A stretch of DNA of 64,000 nucleotides, taken from contig CAWKNZ010000002.1 of NCBI GenBank assembly GCA_963851265.1, positions 672,001 through 736,000 of the forward strand. Reading direction: 5' to 3'. Below, in pieces: positions 28,385 through 39,291 of this stretch. A model generated the notes under the pieces. That model was given only the letters and a program-made list of their open reading frames with translations, was not told the DNA's origin and made no database searches. Positions within the stretch are counted from its first letter, which is position 1, and each line of letters opens with the position of its first letter. Source of the stretch: an uncultured Gemmatimonadales bacterium. GTDB taxonomy: Bacteria > Gemmatimonadota > Gemmatimonadetes > Gemmatimonadales > Gemmatimonadaceae. The translations under genes and the position numbers were made by a program.

Positions 28385-29951
28385 TTAGGCGGGCGCGGGT
28401 GAGACGGCATCGCGCGGAAACAGCGCGGCCCCCTTCTGCACCTGCCACCCCGACGGATCGAGCGCGTCGAGCCCGGCGAAGCGCTGATCCGCCACGTCGC
28501 CCGGGCCGCCGAGCTGCGCCCACAGTTCGGCGGCTTTACCAGGCATCGCGGGCCACACGCACACCGCCGCAACCGCGAGCCGGCGTACCGCCGCGTGCAG
28601 CACCGCGTCCAACTCGGCCCCGCGCGCGGGATCCTTGGCCAACGTCCACGGCTGCCGCTCCTGCACCTCGGCGTTCGCCCGCGCGACCACGCGCCACAGC
28701 GCGGCGAGCGCCTCGTTGGGCACGTACCCGCGCGTGCCGTCCATGGCCGCGTGGTACGCCGCGAGATCGCCCGCGTCCGCGCCGCGCGTCGAGCCGAGCA
28801 CGACCGACGGCACGGCCGGCACCACGCCGCCGCGGTACTTCTCGACCATCGCGACGGTGCGGCTCGCGAGATTGCCGAACGCGTTGGCCAGGTCGGCGGT
28901 GTAGCGGTCGGCGAAGCGTTCCCACGAGAAGTTGCCGTCACCGTCGAACGGCACCTCGCGCAGCAGGAAGTAGCGGAAGGCGTCGGGCCCGTAGCGCGCG
29001 ACGGCCTCGTCGAGGTCGAGGGTGACGCCCGCACTCTTGCTGAACCGCTCGCCGCCCAACGACACGAATCCGTGCGCCCACACGCGCTCGGGGAGTGGCA
29101 GCCCCGCGGCCTCGAGCATCGCCGGCCAGATCACGCAGTGGAAGCGCGTGATGTCCTTGCCGATCACGTGCAGCTGCGCGGGCCAGCGCCCCTCGGGCGC
29201 CTCCCACGCGCCCTCCGGGAAGCCGGTCGACGTCAGGTAGTTGGGCAGCGCGTCGAACCACACGTAGGTCGCCTGCGTCTCGCCGTCGCTCGTGGGGCGC
29301 GGGAAGGGCACGCCCCAGGTGAGGCGCGCGCGACTCGCCGACACGTCCTCCAGGCCCTGCGCGAGGAGGCCGAGCAGTTCGTTGCGCCGGCTCTCGGGTT
29401 GGCAGAACTCGGGGTGGTCGCGGAGCAGGCGTTCGAGGAACGGCTGGTAGCGCGACAGGCGGAAGAACCAGTTCCGCTCGGCGGTCCACTCCAGGGTGCG
29501 CGTCGGGTGTAGCTCACAGCGCCCGTCGACGATCTCCTCGGCGGTCTTGAACGCTTCGCAGCCTACGCAGTACCAGCCTTCGTACGTGCGCTCGTAGAAG
29601 TCGTCGGGGTTGCGCGCGAAGATGCGTTCGACCAGGGCGCGAACGCCGCGCTGGTGCTGCGGCGCGGTGGTCCGCACGAACTGGTCGTACCGTACGTCGA
29701 GCGACGCCCAGGTGCGCTCGAACGTCGCCGCGACCTCGTCGACGAGCTGCTGCGCGGGAGATTCCGCGCGCCTCGGCCGCCTGCTGCACCTTCTGGCCGT
29801 GCTCATCCATCCCCATCGAGAAGTGCACGGCGCGCCCCGCGAGGCGGTGATAGCGGGCGATCGCGTCGGCGCCGACCTTCTCGAGGGCGTGGCCGAGGTG
29901 CGGGTCGCCGTTGGCGTAGTCGATCGCGGTCGTGATGTAGAACGGGCGCAT
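28385..29951 (-). CDS. metG: Methionine--tRNA ligase (short form), apparent +1 frameshift near 29757
   Basis: '[18 protein letters not shown]', 'GMDEHGQKV' in one frame; '[10 protein letters not shown]', '[10 protein letters not shown]', 'IGKDITRFH', 'RFSKS' in the next. Start ATG 29951 or GTG 29960. Confidence 0.92.
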
Positions 29952-29956
29952 TCCGG

Positions 29957-31179
29957 TCACACGTCGGTATTGGGCCGGCCACCGCGGCGTCCGCCACGGC
30001 GTCCACGGCGGCGCGCGGCCGCTTCGTCGCGGACGTCCGCCGGACCCGCATCGGCCGCGCTCGCGTCCGGTGCGCTCGCGTCCGCGTGCGCTCGCGCTCG
30101 GCGGGAGTCGCATCCACCGGGCTCGTGTCTGCCGCGCTCGGCACGTCCGCCGGCGGATCGTCGCCTCGCACGACAACGGGTGCGGGCTCGACGCCCAGCT
30201 CCGACGTCGGATCGGCGACGATGCTCGCCGCCAACGTCACCGACGCGACGTCAACCGCGACGTCGACCGCGACGGTGTCGAGGTCGTCGGGCGCCGCGGC
30301 CGACGTCGCCTCGGCGACCTCGCGCCGCAACTCGTCGAGCGGCACGACGCGCGTCTCGCCGTCGAGCGCGCGGAGCGTCACGCGCTCGCGGAAGATGTCG
30401 GTGGCGATCACCTTCTCCTCGCCGCGCGCGGTGGCGAGCACGCGCCCCTCCTTGGGGAAGCGCTTGCGCTGCTGCACGTAGAACTCGTGCTCGTAGCGGA
30501 GCGAGCACATGAGCCGGCCGCACGCCCCGGAGATCTGGGTCGGGTTCAGCGACAGGCGCTGGTCCTTGGCGACCGTGAGGTTGACCGGCCGCAATTCGGG
30601 GAGCCAGGTGGCCGAGCAGTACTCGCGCCCGCAGCGGCCGACGCCCGAGAGGCGCTTGGCCTCGTCGCGCACGCCGATCTGTTTGAGCTCGATGCGGGCG
30701 CGGAACACGGCCGCGAGGTCGCGCACGAGCGCACGGAAGTCGACGCGCTTCTCCGCCGTGAAATAGAGCGTGAGCTTGCGGCGGTCCCACTGCCACTCGG
30801 CGTCGGTCAGCTTCATCGCGAGGTTGTGCGCGCGCACGCGCGCGATCGCGGTACGCCGGGCCTCGTCGTCGAGCGCCGGCAGTTCACCGGCGCGGGCCAC
30901 GTCGTCGCTGCTCGCCACGCGCAGCACGCGCTTGGTCGGCGCGGCCTCGCCGGTCGGCGTGCCCGCCGCGGCGCCGTCGACGACCAGCGCGAGCGCGCCG
31001 TGGGCGACGCCGGCGTAGCGCTTGGCGGCGAGCGCACCCGTGGCGTGCACGCGGCCGAGGTCCTCGCCGCGGTCGCCCTCGACGATGAGCGCCGTGCCGA
31101 CGCCCGGCGGGTCGTCGGCGGACCACGCGTAGAACTCCTTCCGGTTTCCCTTGAACGCGACTTCGACGAGGTGTGGCAT
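29957..31179 (-). CDS. ricT: PSP1/RicT (YaaT)-family protein; tail apparently frameshifted
   Basis: '[13 protein letters not shown]', '[35 protein letters not shown]', '[22 protein letters not shown]'. A plausible end (…[18 protein letters not shown]) lies in another frame at 29957. Confidence 0.85.
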
Positions 31180-31213
31180 CTCGTCGAAGGATAACCGCGC
31201 GAACGGTAGAGAC

Positions 31214-32179
31214 TTAGCCCGCGACGCGCCCCATCCGCAGGAACTTCTCGCGCCGGCGCCGGACGAGCTTCTCGGGCTTGTACCGCCGCAGGTCCTCGAG
31301 CTGCCGCACGAGGACCTCCTTCAGGCGGCCTGCCGTCGCCTCCGGATCGGCGTGCGCGCCGCCCGCGGGCTCGGGGACGATCTCGTCGATCACGCGCAGC
31401 TCGTACAGGTCGGGCGCGGTGATCTTGAGCGCGTCGGCCGCGCGGGCGCGGGTCTCGGGGCTCTTGCCGTCCTTCCAGAGGATGGCCGCGCACCCCTCGA
31501 TGGTGATCACCGAGTAGATGGCGTTCTCGAGCATCAGCACGCGGTCGGCCACGCCCAACGCGAGTGCGCCGCCCGATCCGCCCTCGCCGATCACGGTCGC
31601 GACGATCGGCACCGTGAGTCCGGCCATCTCGAGCAGGTTGCGCGCGATCGCCTCGCTCTGCCCGCGCTCCTCGGCACCCATGCCGGCCCACGCGCCCGGC
31701 GTGTCGATGAGGGTGACGACCGGCACCTCGAACTTCTCCGCCAGCTTGAGCAGCCGCAACGCCTTGCGATAGCCCTCCGGGTGGGCCATCCCGAAGTTGC
31801 GGCGCAGGTTCTCGCGCGTGTCGCGGCCGCGCTGGTGGCCGATGACCATCACGCTCTCGCCGTCGAGCCGCGCGAAGCCGCCGACGATCGCCTCGTCGTC
31901 GCGGAACGCGCGGTCGCCGTGCAGCTCCACCCAGTCGGTGAAGATCAGCCGGATGTAGTCGAGCGTGAACGGGCGCTTGGGGTGCCGCGCGACCTGCACG
32001 CGCTGCATCGGCGTGAGGTTGCGGTAGATGTCGACGCGGAGGTCGGAGAGCTTGCGCTCGAGCGGCGCGATCTCGTCCTGCACGTCGAGTGCGCCGTCGT
32101 CGGCGACGCGTTTGAGGTCGTCGATCCGCTGTTCCAGTTCGGCGAGCGGCTTCTCGAAATCGAGGACGGGTGTGGCCAT
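31214..32179 (-). CDS. accA: Acetyl-CoA carboxylase carboxyltransferase alpha subunit
   Basis: 'LDFEKPL', 'ARHPKRP', 'ELHGDR', '[13 protein letters not shown]', 'IDTPGA', 'GEGGSGGA'. Confidence 0.97.
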   Translation of the reverse strand: MATPVLDFEKPLAELEQRIDDLKRVADDGALDVQDEIAPLERKLSDLRVDIYRNLTPMQRVQVARHPKRPFTLDYIRLIFTDWVELHGDRAFRDDEAIVGGFARLDGESVMVIGHQRGRDTRENLRRNFGMAHPEGYRKALRLLKLAEKFEVPVVTLIDTPGAWAGMGAEERGQSEAIARNLLEMAGLTVPIVATVIGEGGSGGALALGVADRVLMLENAIYSVITIEGCAAILWKDGKSPETRARAADALKITAPDLYELRVIDEIVPEPAGGAHADPEATAGRLKEVLVRQLEDLRRYKPEKLVRRRREKFLRMGRVAG

Positions 32180-32188
32180 TGGAGTCGG

Positions 32189-35100
32189 TTAGGAACCGCG
32201 GACCAGCTTGACCCGCTCGTCACCGAGCAGGGCGCGCAGCTCGCCGAGGGCGGCGTTGGAGGCGGCGACGGTGAGGGAGCGCGAGCGGAACCGCGCCGCG
32301 CCGCCGCCCTTGGCGTCGCGCCAGCGCAGCTCGAGCGCCGCGGTGCCCGGGTAATGCGCGCACGCCTCGCGCACGTCGGCCATCACGCCCGGCGTCAGGT
32401 CCGCGCCCGAAGCCAGCTCGATGGCGACCGCGATCGCGCCGTCGACGCGCTTCTCGGCCAGCTTCGTCACCTTCTCGACGATGAACGTCGGCGTTTCCGC
32501 GTCCTGGTCGCGGCGCGAGTAGCCGCCCTCGACCAGCACCGGAACGTCGGTCTTGACCTGGTCCGACAGCACGCTCCACGCCTCTGGGAAGACGAGCACC
32601 TCGGTGGCGCCCGAGAAGTCCTCGAGGATGAGGCGGGCGAACTCCGACCCGCTGCGTTTGCTGATCTGCCGCTTGCACGCGGTAATCACGCACGCGAGCA
32701 CGATCTTGTTGGGCGTCCAGCTGCCCAGCTCGGCCACCTTGTGCGTGCCGAACAGCTCGGCCTCGGCGCGGAACGGCTCCAGCGGGTGCCCCGACACGTA
32801 GAAGCCGAGGATCGCCTTCTCGGCGGCCAGGCGGTCGCTCTCGCTCCACGGCGGCAGGTGCGGCAGCGTCGGGCGCGGTGCGGGCTTCGCGCTCGCCTCG
32901 TCGCCGCCGAGGAGTCCGAACAGCGAGCCCTGCCCGCTCGCGGCCTCCTGCTGCTTGAGCGAGGCTTCCTGCATCGCGTGGTCGAGCGCGGCGAGGTACT
33001 GCGCGCGGTGCCCGCCCACGGTGTCGAGCGCGCCCGCGTGGATGAGGGCCTCGAACACGCGCTTGTTGCACGCGCGCAGGTCGACCCGCTCGACGAAATC
33101 GAAGAAGTCCGTGTACGAGCCGTCCTTCGCGCGGGCGCCGAGCACCGACTCGACGGCGCCCTCGCCGACGTTGCGCACCGCGCCCAGCCCGAAGCGTATC
33201 CGGTTGTCGGCGATGACCGTGAACTTGTAGCCGCTCTCGTTCACGTCGGGCGGCAGCACCTCCAACCCCATCTCGCGTGCCTCGGCCACGTACTTCACCA
33301 CGCTGTCGGTGTCGCCGATGCAGCTGGAGAGCAGCGCGGCCATGAAGTCGGCCGGGTAGTTGGCCTTGAGGTACGCCGTCTGGTACGAGAGGACCGAATA
33401 CGCGACCGAGTGCGACTTGTTGAAGCCGTAGCGTCCAAACGTTTCGATCTGCCCCGCGAGCTCCTCGATCACGCCGCGGCCGTGCCCCTTCGCGATCGCC
33501 TTTTCCGTGAACTTGCCCAGCTCGGCGCGGATGAGCTCCGCGTCCTTCTTGCCTACCGCCTTGCGCAGCACGTCCGCCTCGGCGAGCGAGATCCCCGCGA
33601 GCGTCTGCGCGATGCGCATCACCTGCTCCTGGTAGGTGATCACGCCCTGCGTCTCGCGCAGGATCGGCTCCAGCTCGGGGAGCGCGTAGCTCACCGGCTC
33701 CTCCCCGCGCTTGCGCCGGATGTAGACCTTGTGCATCCCCGTGTCGAGCGGGCCGGGGCGGAGCAGCGCGTTGCTCGCGACGAGGTCGTCGAAGCGGTCG
33801 CACCGCATCTGCCGCAGCACGTCCGTGGCGAGCGGCGACTCGAACTGGAAGACGCCGGCCGTGCGCCCGGAGCGCAGCATCTGGTACGTCTTCGGGTCGT
33901 CGAACTCGAGCGCGTCGAGGTCGAGCGCCTTCCCCGTGCGCCGCTCGATCGAGACGAGCGCGTCGTGGATGACCGTGAGCGTGGTCAGCCCGAGGAAGTC
34001 CATCTTGAGCATGCCCGCCTTTTCGAGCGCGGTCATGTCGTACTGCGCGACGGTCACCTTCTCGTCGCCGTCGCCGCCCGCGCCCTTGCTGGCCTGGGTG
34101 CAGACGGGAACGAACTCGTGCACCGGGCCCGGGGCGATCACCACGCCGGCCGCGTGCACGCCGGTGTGTCGCGACAGCCCTTCGAGCGCGACGGCGTAGT
34201 CGAGCAGCTCGCGGTAGCGGGGGTCCTCCTTGTAGAGCCGCGCGACGTCGGGGACCTGCGTGAGCGCTTCGGCGACGGTGAGCGAGAAGTTGGGCGCGTT
34301 GGGAATGAGTTTGGCCAGCGCGTCGGTCTCGGCCGGGGTGAAGCCGAGCACGCGGCCGACGTCTTTCACCGCCGCGCGCGACTTCATCGTCCCGAACGTG
34401 ACGATCTGGCAGACGCTCTCCTTGCCGTACTTCTGCCGCACGTACTCGATGACCTCGCCGCGGCGCTCGAAGCAGAAGTCCACGTCGACGTCGGGCATCG
34501 ACACGCGCTCCGGGTTCAGGAAGCGCTCGAACAGCAGGTCGAACTTGAGCGGGCAGACGTTGGTGATGCCTAACGCGTAGGCGACGAGCGACCCCGCCGC
34601 CGAGCCGCGCCCCGGGCCCACCGGGATGCCGCGGTCGCGCGCGGCCTTGATGAAGTCGGCGGTGATGAGGAAGTAGCCCGCGTACCCGGTCTGCAGGATG
34701 ACGCCGAGCTCGTACGCGAGCCGCTGCTCGACCTCGGCGCTCAGCGTCCGGCCGTACCGCTCGTGCGCGCCCTCGGTGGCGAGCTTGACGAGCAGGTCGT
34801 TCTCGGTCTCGACGCCGGGCGGGAGCGGGAAGCTCGGCACGTGGTACTTCTTGCCGAACACCACGTCGACCTCGTCCGCGATGCGCAGCGTGTTCTCGAG
34901 GACGTCGGGGCGGTCGGTGAAGCGCGCCGCCATCTCCGGGCGGCTCTTGAAGTAGAGCCCCCGGTCGTAGTGCATCCGGTTCTCGTCCTTGACGTCCTTG
35001 CCGATCCCGATGCAGAGCAGGACGTCGTGCGCGTCGTGGTCGGTCTCCTTCAGGAAGTGCGCGTCGTTGGTCGCGATGACCGGAAGCCCGAGTTCCGCGC

Positions 35101-35680
35101 CGAGCTTGAAGATCTGCGCGTTGAGCTTCGACTGGCCGTCGCTGTCGTGCGCCTGCACCTCCAGGTAGTACCGATCCTGGAAGACGTTGGCGTACCACTC
35201 GGCCGCCTCGCGCGCCGCGTCCCAGCGGTCGTCCATGAGGTGGCCCGCGACCTCGCCCGCGAGACACGCCGACGAGACGATGATCCCCTCGCTGTGTGCG
35301 GCGAGCAACTCGCGGTCGACCCGCGGCTTCACGTAGAAGCCCTCGAGGTACGCGAGCGACGAGAGCTTGACGAGGTTCTTGTAGCCGACCGCGTCGCGCG
35401 CGAGGAGCACGAGGTGGTGGTACGGCTTGGCGCCGGGTGCGGGGCGGCCGCGGTCGTGGCGCGAGCCGGGCGCGACGTACGCTTCCATCCCGAGGATGGG
35501 CTTGACCTTCGCCTTGCGCGCGTGCTCCTGAAACTCCCACGCCGCGTGCATGTTGCCGTGATCCGTCACGGCGAGCGCCGGCATCTCGAGCTCCTGGGCG
35601 CGGCGGATCAGCGAATCGATCCGGTTGGCGCCGTCGAGGAGCGAGTATTCGGAATGGCAGTGCAGGTGTACGAAGCTCAT
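32189..35680 (-). CDS. dnaE: DNA polymerase III alpha subunit
   Basis: 'FVHLHCHSEYSLLDG', 'GPGRGSAAGS', 'FERFLNPERVSMPDVDVDF', 'KMDFLGL', 'YGFNKSH'. Confidence 0.98.
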   Translation of the reverse strand: MSFVHLHCHSEYSLLDGANRIDSLIRRAQELEMPALAVTDHGNMHAAWEFQEHARKAKVKPILGMEAYVAPGSRHDRGRPAPGAKPYHHLVLLARDAVGYKNLVKLSSLAYLEGFYVKPRVDRELLAAHSEGIIVSSACLAGEVAGHLMDDRWDAAREAAEWYANVFQDRYYLEVQAHDSDGQSKLNAQIFKLGAELGLPVIATNDAHFLKETDHDAHDVLLCIGIGKDVKDENRMHYDRGLYFKSRPEMAARFTDRPDVLENTLRIADEVDVVFGKKYHVPSFPLPPGVETENDLLVKLATEGAHERYGRTLSAEVEQRLAYELGVILQTGYAGYFLITADFIKAARDRGIPVGPGRGSAAGSLVAYALGITNVCPLKFDLLFERFLNPERVSMPDVDVDFCFERRGEVIEYVRQKYGKESVCQIVTFGTMKSRAAVKDVGRVLGFTPAETDALAKLIPNAPNFSLTVAEALTQVPDVARLYKEDPRYRELLDYAVALEGLSRHTGVHAAGVVIAPGPVHEFVPVCTQASKGAGGDGDEKVTVAQYDMTALEKAGMLKMDFLGLTTLTVIHDALVSIERRTGKALDLDALEFDDPKTYQMLRSGRTAGVFQFESPLATDVLRQMRCDRFDDLVASNALLRPGPLDTGMHKVYIRRKRGEEPVSYALPELEPILRETQGVITYQEQVMRIAQTLAGISLAEADVLRKAVGKKDAELIRAELGKFTEKAIAKGHGRGVIEELAGQIETFGRYGFNKSHSVAYSVLSYQTAYLKANYPADFMAALLSSCIGDTDSVVKYVAEAREMGLEVLPPDVNESGYKFTVIADNRIRFGLGAVRNVGEGAVESVLGARAKDGSYTDFFDFVERVDLRACNKRVFEALIHAGALDTVGGHRAQYLAALDHAMQEASLKQQEAASGQGSLFGLLGGDEASAKPAPRPTLPHLPPWSESDRLAAEKAILGFYVSGHPLEPFRAEAELFGTHKVAELGSWTPNKIVLACVITACKRQISKRSGSEFARLILEDFSGATEVLVFPEAWSVLSDQVKTDVPVLVEGGYSRRDQDAETPTFIVEKVTKLAEKRVDGAIAVAIELASGADLTPGVMADVREACAHYPGTAALELRWRDAKGGGAARFRSRSLTVAASNAALGELRALLGDERVKLVRGS

Positions 35681-35757
35681 CGTCCTCGAAGGTTAGCGCG
35701 GCCGCCCGCCCGCCGCCATGCCCGCCTGATCGCGCGGTCAGTCCTGTAACGTTCTAC

Positions 35758-36912
35758 ATGGCAATAACTTACGTTCGTTCCTGGCGGCGGGGCCTGCGCC
35801 GGACGCTCGGCGGCCTGGCGGCCCTGGTCGCGCTCGGCCTGGTGGGTACGACCGATGGACGGTGGCTGGTGCGGGCGGGGTGGGAGGAAGGCCGGATCCT
35901 GGAGCGCCGCCGCCCGATCGCCGAGGTCGCGCGCGAGGCCGCCGCGTCGCGGCCCTCACCGAGCGACGCGCGGACGCGAGGGAAGCTGCAGCTCGTGCTC
36001 GCCGCGCGCGCGTTCGCGGCCGACTCGCTCGGGCTCAACGCGGGGCACAGCTTCGAGTACTACACCGACATCGGGCGCGACACCCTCCTGCTGCTGCTCA
36101 CCGGTGCGCGCCGCGATACGCTCGCGCCGGTGACGTGGTGGTTCCCGGTGGTCGGGAGTGTGCCGTACAAGGGCTTCTTCGACGCCGCCGCGGGTCGGCG
36201 TGCGCGCGACGACCTGCGCGCGCACGGTTACGACGCCTACCTCCGGCCGTCCTCCGCGTTCAGCACCCTCGGCTGGTTCGCCGACCCGCTACTCAACACG
36301 GCGATCGTCGGCGACTCGGTGGACCTCGCCAACACGGTGATCCACGAGCTGACGCACAACACGTTCTACGCGCCGAGCCAGGCGGCGTTCAACGAGAGCT
36401 TCGCGAGCTTCGTCGGCGCGCGCGGCGCGGAGCGGTTCTTCGCCGCGCGGGGCGATACGGCGTCGGTGGCCGCGGCCGGGCGTCGGTGGGCCGACGAGCG
36501 CACGCTCGGCGAGTTCTGGGCGGCGTTAGGCAGGTCGGTCGACTCGGCGTACGCGGCGCACCCCGGACGCGACTCGGCCGCGCGCGCGGCGCGGCTCGCG
36601 GCGCGCGCGGACGTGACCGTCGCCGCGCGCCGTGCCCTCGCCGACAGCGTGGTCCCGCGGCTCGTCGATCCGCGCCGGACGCGCGGCGGGCCGGCCGCGC
36701 TCGCGCGGTGGGCGGCGCGGACGCCGCTCGACAACGCCGCCCTGCTCGCACGCCGCACGTACGCGCGCGAGCTGGCGCTGTTCGACGCCGTGTACGCGCG
36801 CGAGGGGAGCGACCTCCGGCGGAGCATCGCACGGCTCATCGCGCTCGCCAAGTCCGACCCGAAAGACCCGTACGGGGCGGTGCGGCGGTGGGTGGGCAGA
36901 GTCCCGTCGTGA
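35758..36912 (+). CDS. Putative zinc-dependent aminopeptidase (DUF2265-like)
   Basis: 'WWFPVVGSVPYKGFF', 'AFSTLGWFADP', 'IHELTH', 'FNESFASF'. Confidence 0.85.
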   Translation: MAITYVRSWRRGLRRTLGGLAALVALGLVGTTDGRWLVRAGWEEGRILERRRPIAEVAREAAASRPSPSDARTRGKLQLVLAARAFAADSLGLNAGHSFEYYTDIGRDTLLLLLTGARRDTLAPVTWWFPVVGSVPYKGFFDAAAGRRARDDLRAHGYDAYLRPSSAFSTLGWFADPLLNTAIVGDSVDLANTVIHELTHNTFYAPSQAAFNESFASFVGARGAERFFAARGDTASVAAAGRRWADERTLGEFWAALGRSVDSAYAAHPGRDSAARAARLAARADVTVAARRALADSVVPRLVDPRRTRGGPAALARWAARTPLDNAALLARRTYARELALFDAVYAREGSDLRRSIARLIALAKSDPKDPYGAVRRWVGRVPS

Positions 36913-36919
36913 GGCGAGG

Positions 36920-37018
36920 GTGACCCCCGCTCTCGCGGGGGTCACGGAACCGGGGCAGCGGCGCGCGACATGCTCTCGCCGTCACCGCCGCGCAGGCGGG
37001 GGTCCGCCTCCGCCTGCG
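36920..37018. terminator. Two hairpins between convergent genes
   Basis: gtgacccccgc-tctc-gcgggggtcac (36920-36945) and cgcaggcggggg...cctccgcctgcg (36991-37018). Confidence 0.6.
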
Positions 37019-37038
37019 GGGACGCGTGCCGGATCCGG

Positions 37039-37740
37039 CTACCGCCGCTTTTTCGACTCGTTCCGCAGCGAATTCGCCATCCACTGCGCGAACCCGGAGG
37101 GCTGGTGCCGCTCCTCGCGCCACGGGTCGCCGTGGTTGTGGTAACCGTTCTGTTCCCAGAACCCCGGCGCGTCGCTCCGGCGCAGTTCCAACCCGGTCAC
37201 CCACTTCGCGCTCTTCCAGAAGTACAGGTGCGGTACCACGAGCCGCACCGGGCCGCCGTGCTCCGCGGCGAGCGGCGCGCCGTCGTGCGCCCATGCGAGC
37301 AGATTCTCGGGGCGGTCGAAGTCGGCCAGCGCGAGGTTCGTCGTGAACCCCTGCGCGGCCCGCACGTGCACGAACGCCGCCTCCGGCGTCGGCCGCGCGC
37401 GCCGGAGCAGCTCCTGCACGCTCACCCCGGTGAACCGGTTGTCGAGCCGGCTCCATCGCGTGACACAATGGATGTCGCACACCGTGTCCTGGGTCGGGAG
37501 CGTCCGGAGTTCGTCGAGCGATAGGCGGAATGGCGCCTCGACAAGACCGGTGACCTCGAAGCGCCACGCGGCCGCATCGACCTCGGGCACCTCACCGTAG
37601 TGCAGGACCGGCCACTTGGCCGTGCGCACCTGCCCCGGCGGGATGCGCGCCGCGGCCGCAGGGCGCACGTCGAGCGTGGGAGACGATCCGCGCGCGCCGT
37701 CGGTCGGCGGCGTGGTGTTGGGGAAACTCGGGTCGGCCAT
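37039..37740 (-). CDS. Sulfite-oxidase-like molybdopterin oxidoreductase (YuiH-like)
   Basis: 'IPPGQ...WPVLH', 'DIHCVTRWS', 'EHGGPVRLVVPHLYFWKSAKW', 'GFWEQNGYHNHGDPW'. Confidence 0.9.
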   Translation of the reverse strand: MADPSFPNTTPPTDGARGSSPTLDVRPAAAARIPPGQVRTAKWPVLHYGEVPEVDAAAWRFEVTGLVEAPFRLSLDELRTLPTQDTVCDIHCVTRWSRLDNRFTGVSVQELLRRARPTPEAAFVHVRAAQGFTTNLALADFDRPENLLAWAHDGAPLAAEHGGPVRLVVPHLYFWKSAKWVTGLELRRSDAPGFWEQNGYHNHGDPWREERHQPSGFAQWMANSLRNESKKRR

Positions 37741-37833
37741 GATTCGCGAACCGGCGTGAGGAACTCGCAAACAACGCCGCGCATCCGGGGCGGAGCGCCG
37801 ATCGCGCGCCAACCGGCCCCTAGCTTTAGGCGC

Positions 37834-38421
37834 ATGCCTGAAGAAATGGAAGTCGATCTCGACGCGGTGCACGAGCACGTGCACCACGAAGCCGAACACG
37901 AGGGTGCCGGATTCACGCGCCGAATCGCGCTGTCGACGTCGGTGCTTGCCGCGCTCGCGGCTGTGAGCTCGCTCCAGGCCGGCGGCACCGTGAACGAGGC
38001 CCTCGCGCTCAAGACGGAGGCGACGCGCTATCAGGCCGAGGCGTCCGACCAGTGGTCGTACTACCAGGCGAAGGGGATCAAGGCCGCGGTCGCGCAGGCC
38101 GCCGCGTCGTCGTGGAGCGCGGCCGGGAAGGAGCCCCCCGCCGCGCTGGCCGCGGCGCCCGCTCGCTACGCGCACGATCAGGACAGCGCGCGCACTGCCG
38201 CCCTCGCCAAGGAGCACGCGCGGGACGAGGTCTCGCACGAGGCCGACGTGCTCATGAACAAGCACCACGGCTACGCCTACGCGGTCGCGCTGTTCCAGGT
38301 CGCGATCGCGCTCGGGGCGGTCGCCGCGCTCACGCGCCTGCGTGCGATCTGGCTCGGATCTCTCCTGCTGGGCGGTGTAGGAGTTATTCTCGACCTCATT
38401 CCCTTGCTGCGCGGCGGCTGA
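37834..38421 (+). CDS. DUF4337-like membrane protein
   Basis: 'IALSTSVLAALAAV', 'ASDQWSYYQAKGIK', 'FQVAIALGAVA'. Confidence 0.8.
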   Translation: MPEEMEVDLDAVHEHVHHEAEHEGAGFTRRIALSTSVLAALAAVSSLQAGGTVNEALALKTEATRYQAEASDQWSYYQAKGIKAAVAQAAASSWSAAGKEPPAALAAAPARYAHDQDSARTAALAKEHARDEVSHEADVLMNKHHGYAYAVALFQVAIALGAVAALTRLRAIWLGSLLLGGVGVILDLIPLLRGG

Positions 38422-38464
38422 CGTCCGGCGCGGCACTCGTCCGCGTCCGCACCGTCTTTCCGTC

Positions 38465-39235
38465 ATGCTGTCAGTCGCTCGTTCGTCCGTCCTCGCCCTC
38501 GGTGCCGCGCTCGTCGTGGGCGCCGCCGCCGGCTGCGTGTCTTCCGACGTCACCGGCACGGGAACGGCCTCCGCCGTCGCCGGCGTGCGCGTCGTCCAGG
38601 TGATGGGCGACGCGGGAAGCGGCGTCGATTTCTCGCTCAACGGTCAGACGGCGGCGACCGGCCTCGCGTTCGGCGTGATCGCACCGAATCCGGCCCAGCA
38701 GCAGTACGCGCTCATCTCGCCCGCGTCGCCGTTCGCGTTCAACGCGACGGGGGTGACCACCGCATTCTTCTCGAACCCCGGCGGCGCGTTCGCGGCCAAC
38801 ACCGGCTACCTGCTCGTCGCCTACGGTCGCGTGACTCGCGGCGTATCGCCCGCCGGCACGGTGGCGGTGCTCGCCGACACGGGGACGACCGCGACCACAT
38901 CGGCGCTCGTCCGCGTGTTCGACGCGATCGACTACGTCAAGGCCAACACGGGGACGGCGGCGGACGTCTACATCTACCCGCAGGGAACCACGCGCCCGAC
39001 GGTGCCGACGTTCGCCGCGGTCGCGTACGGTGCGCGCTCCGCGTACGCGGGGGTCGCGCCGGGTACCGCACAGGTCGACATCTTCGACGCGGCGGGGGCG
39101 CACACGGTGCCGCTGTTCACGACGACGCTGACGCTCACCGCCGGCTCGATCCGCACCCTGCTCCTCAGCGACCCGGCTCCGACCGCGACGACCGGCTCGG
39201 CCGGGGCAGTCGTGACGCTCAACGACGCGGGCTGA
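38465..39235 (+). CDS. DUF4397-like lipoprotein
   Basis: Lipobox 'AAG-C'; two beta-sandwich repeats 'VRVVQ...VDFSLNG' and 'VRVFDA...DVYI'. Confidence 0.7.
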   Translation: MLSVARSSVLALGAALVVGAAAGCVSSDVTGTGTASAVAGVRVVQVMGDAGSGVDFSLNGQTAATGLAFGVIAPNPAQQQYALISPASPFAFNATGVTTAFFSNPGGAFAANTGYLLVAYGRVTRGVSPAGTVAVLADTGTTATTSALVRVFDAIDYVKANTGTAADVYIYPQGTTRPTVPTFAAVAYGARSAYAGVAPGTAQVDIFDAAGAHTVPLFTTTLTLTAGSIRTLLLSDPAPTATTGSAGAVVTLNDAG

Positions 39236-39291
39236 CCGGCACACCGCTCGCGCGCGACGCGCCGTTCACGAGCGTCGCGCGCGGGCTCCGG

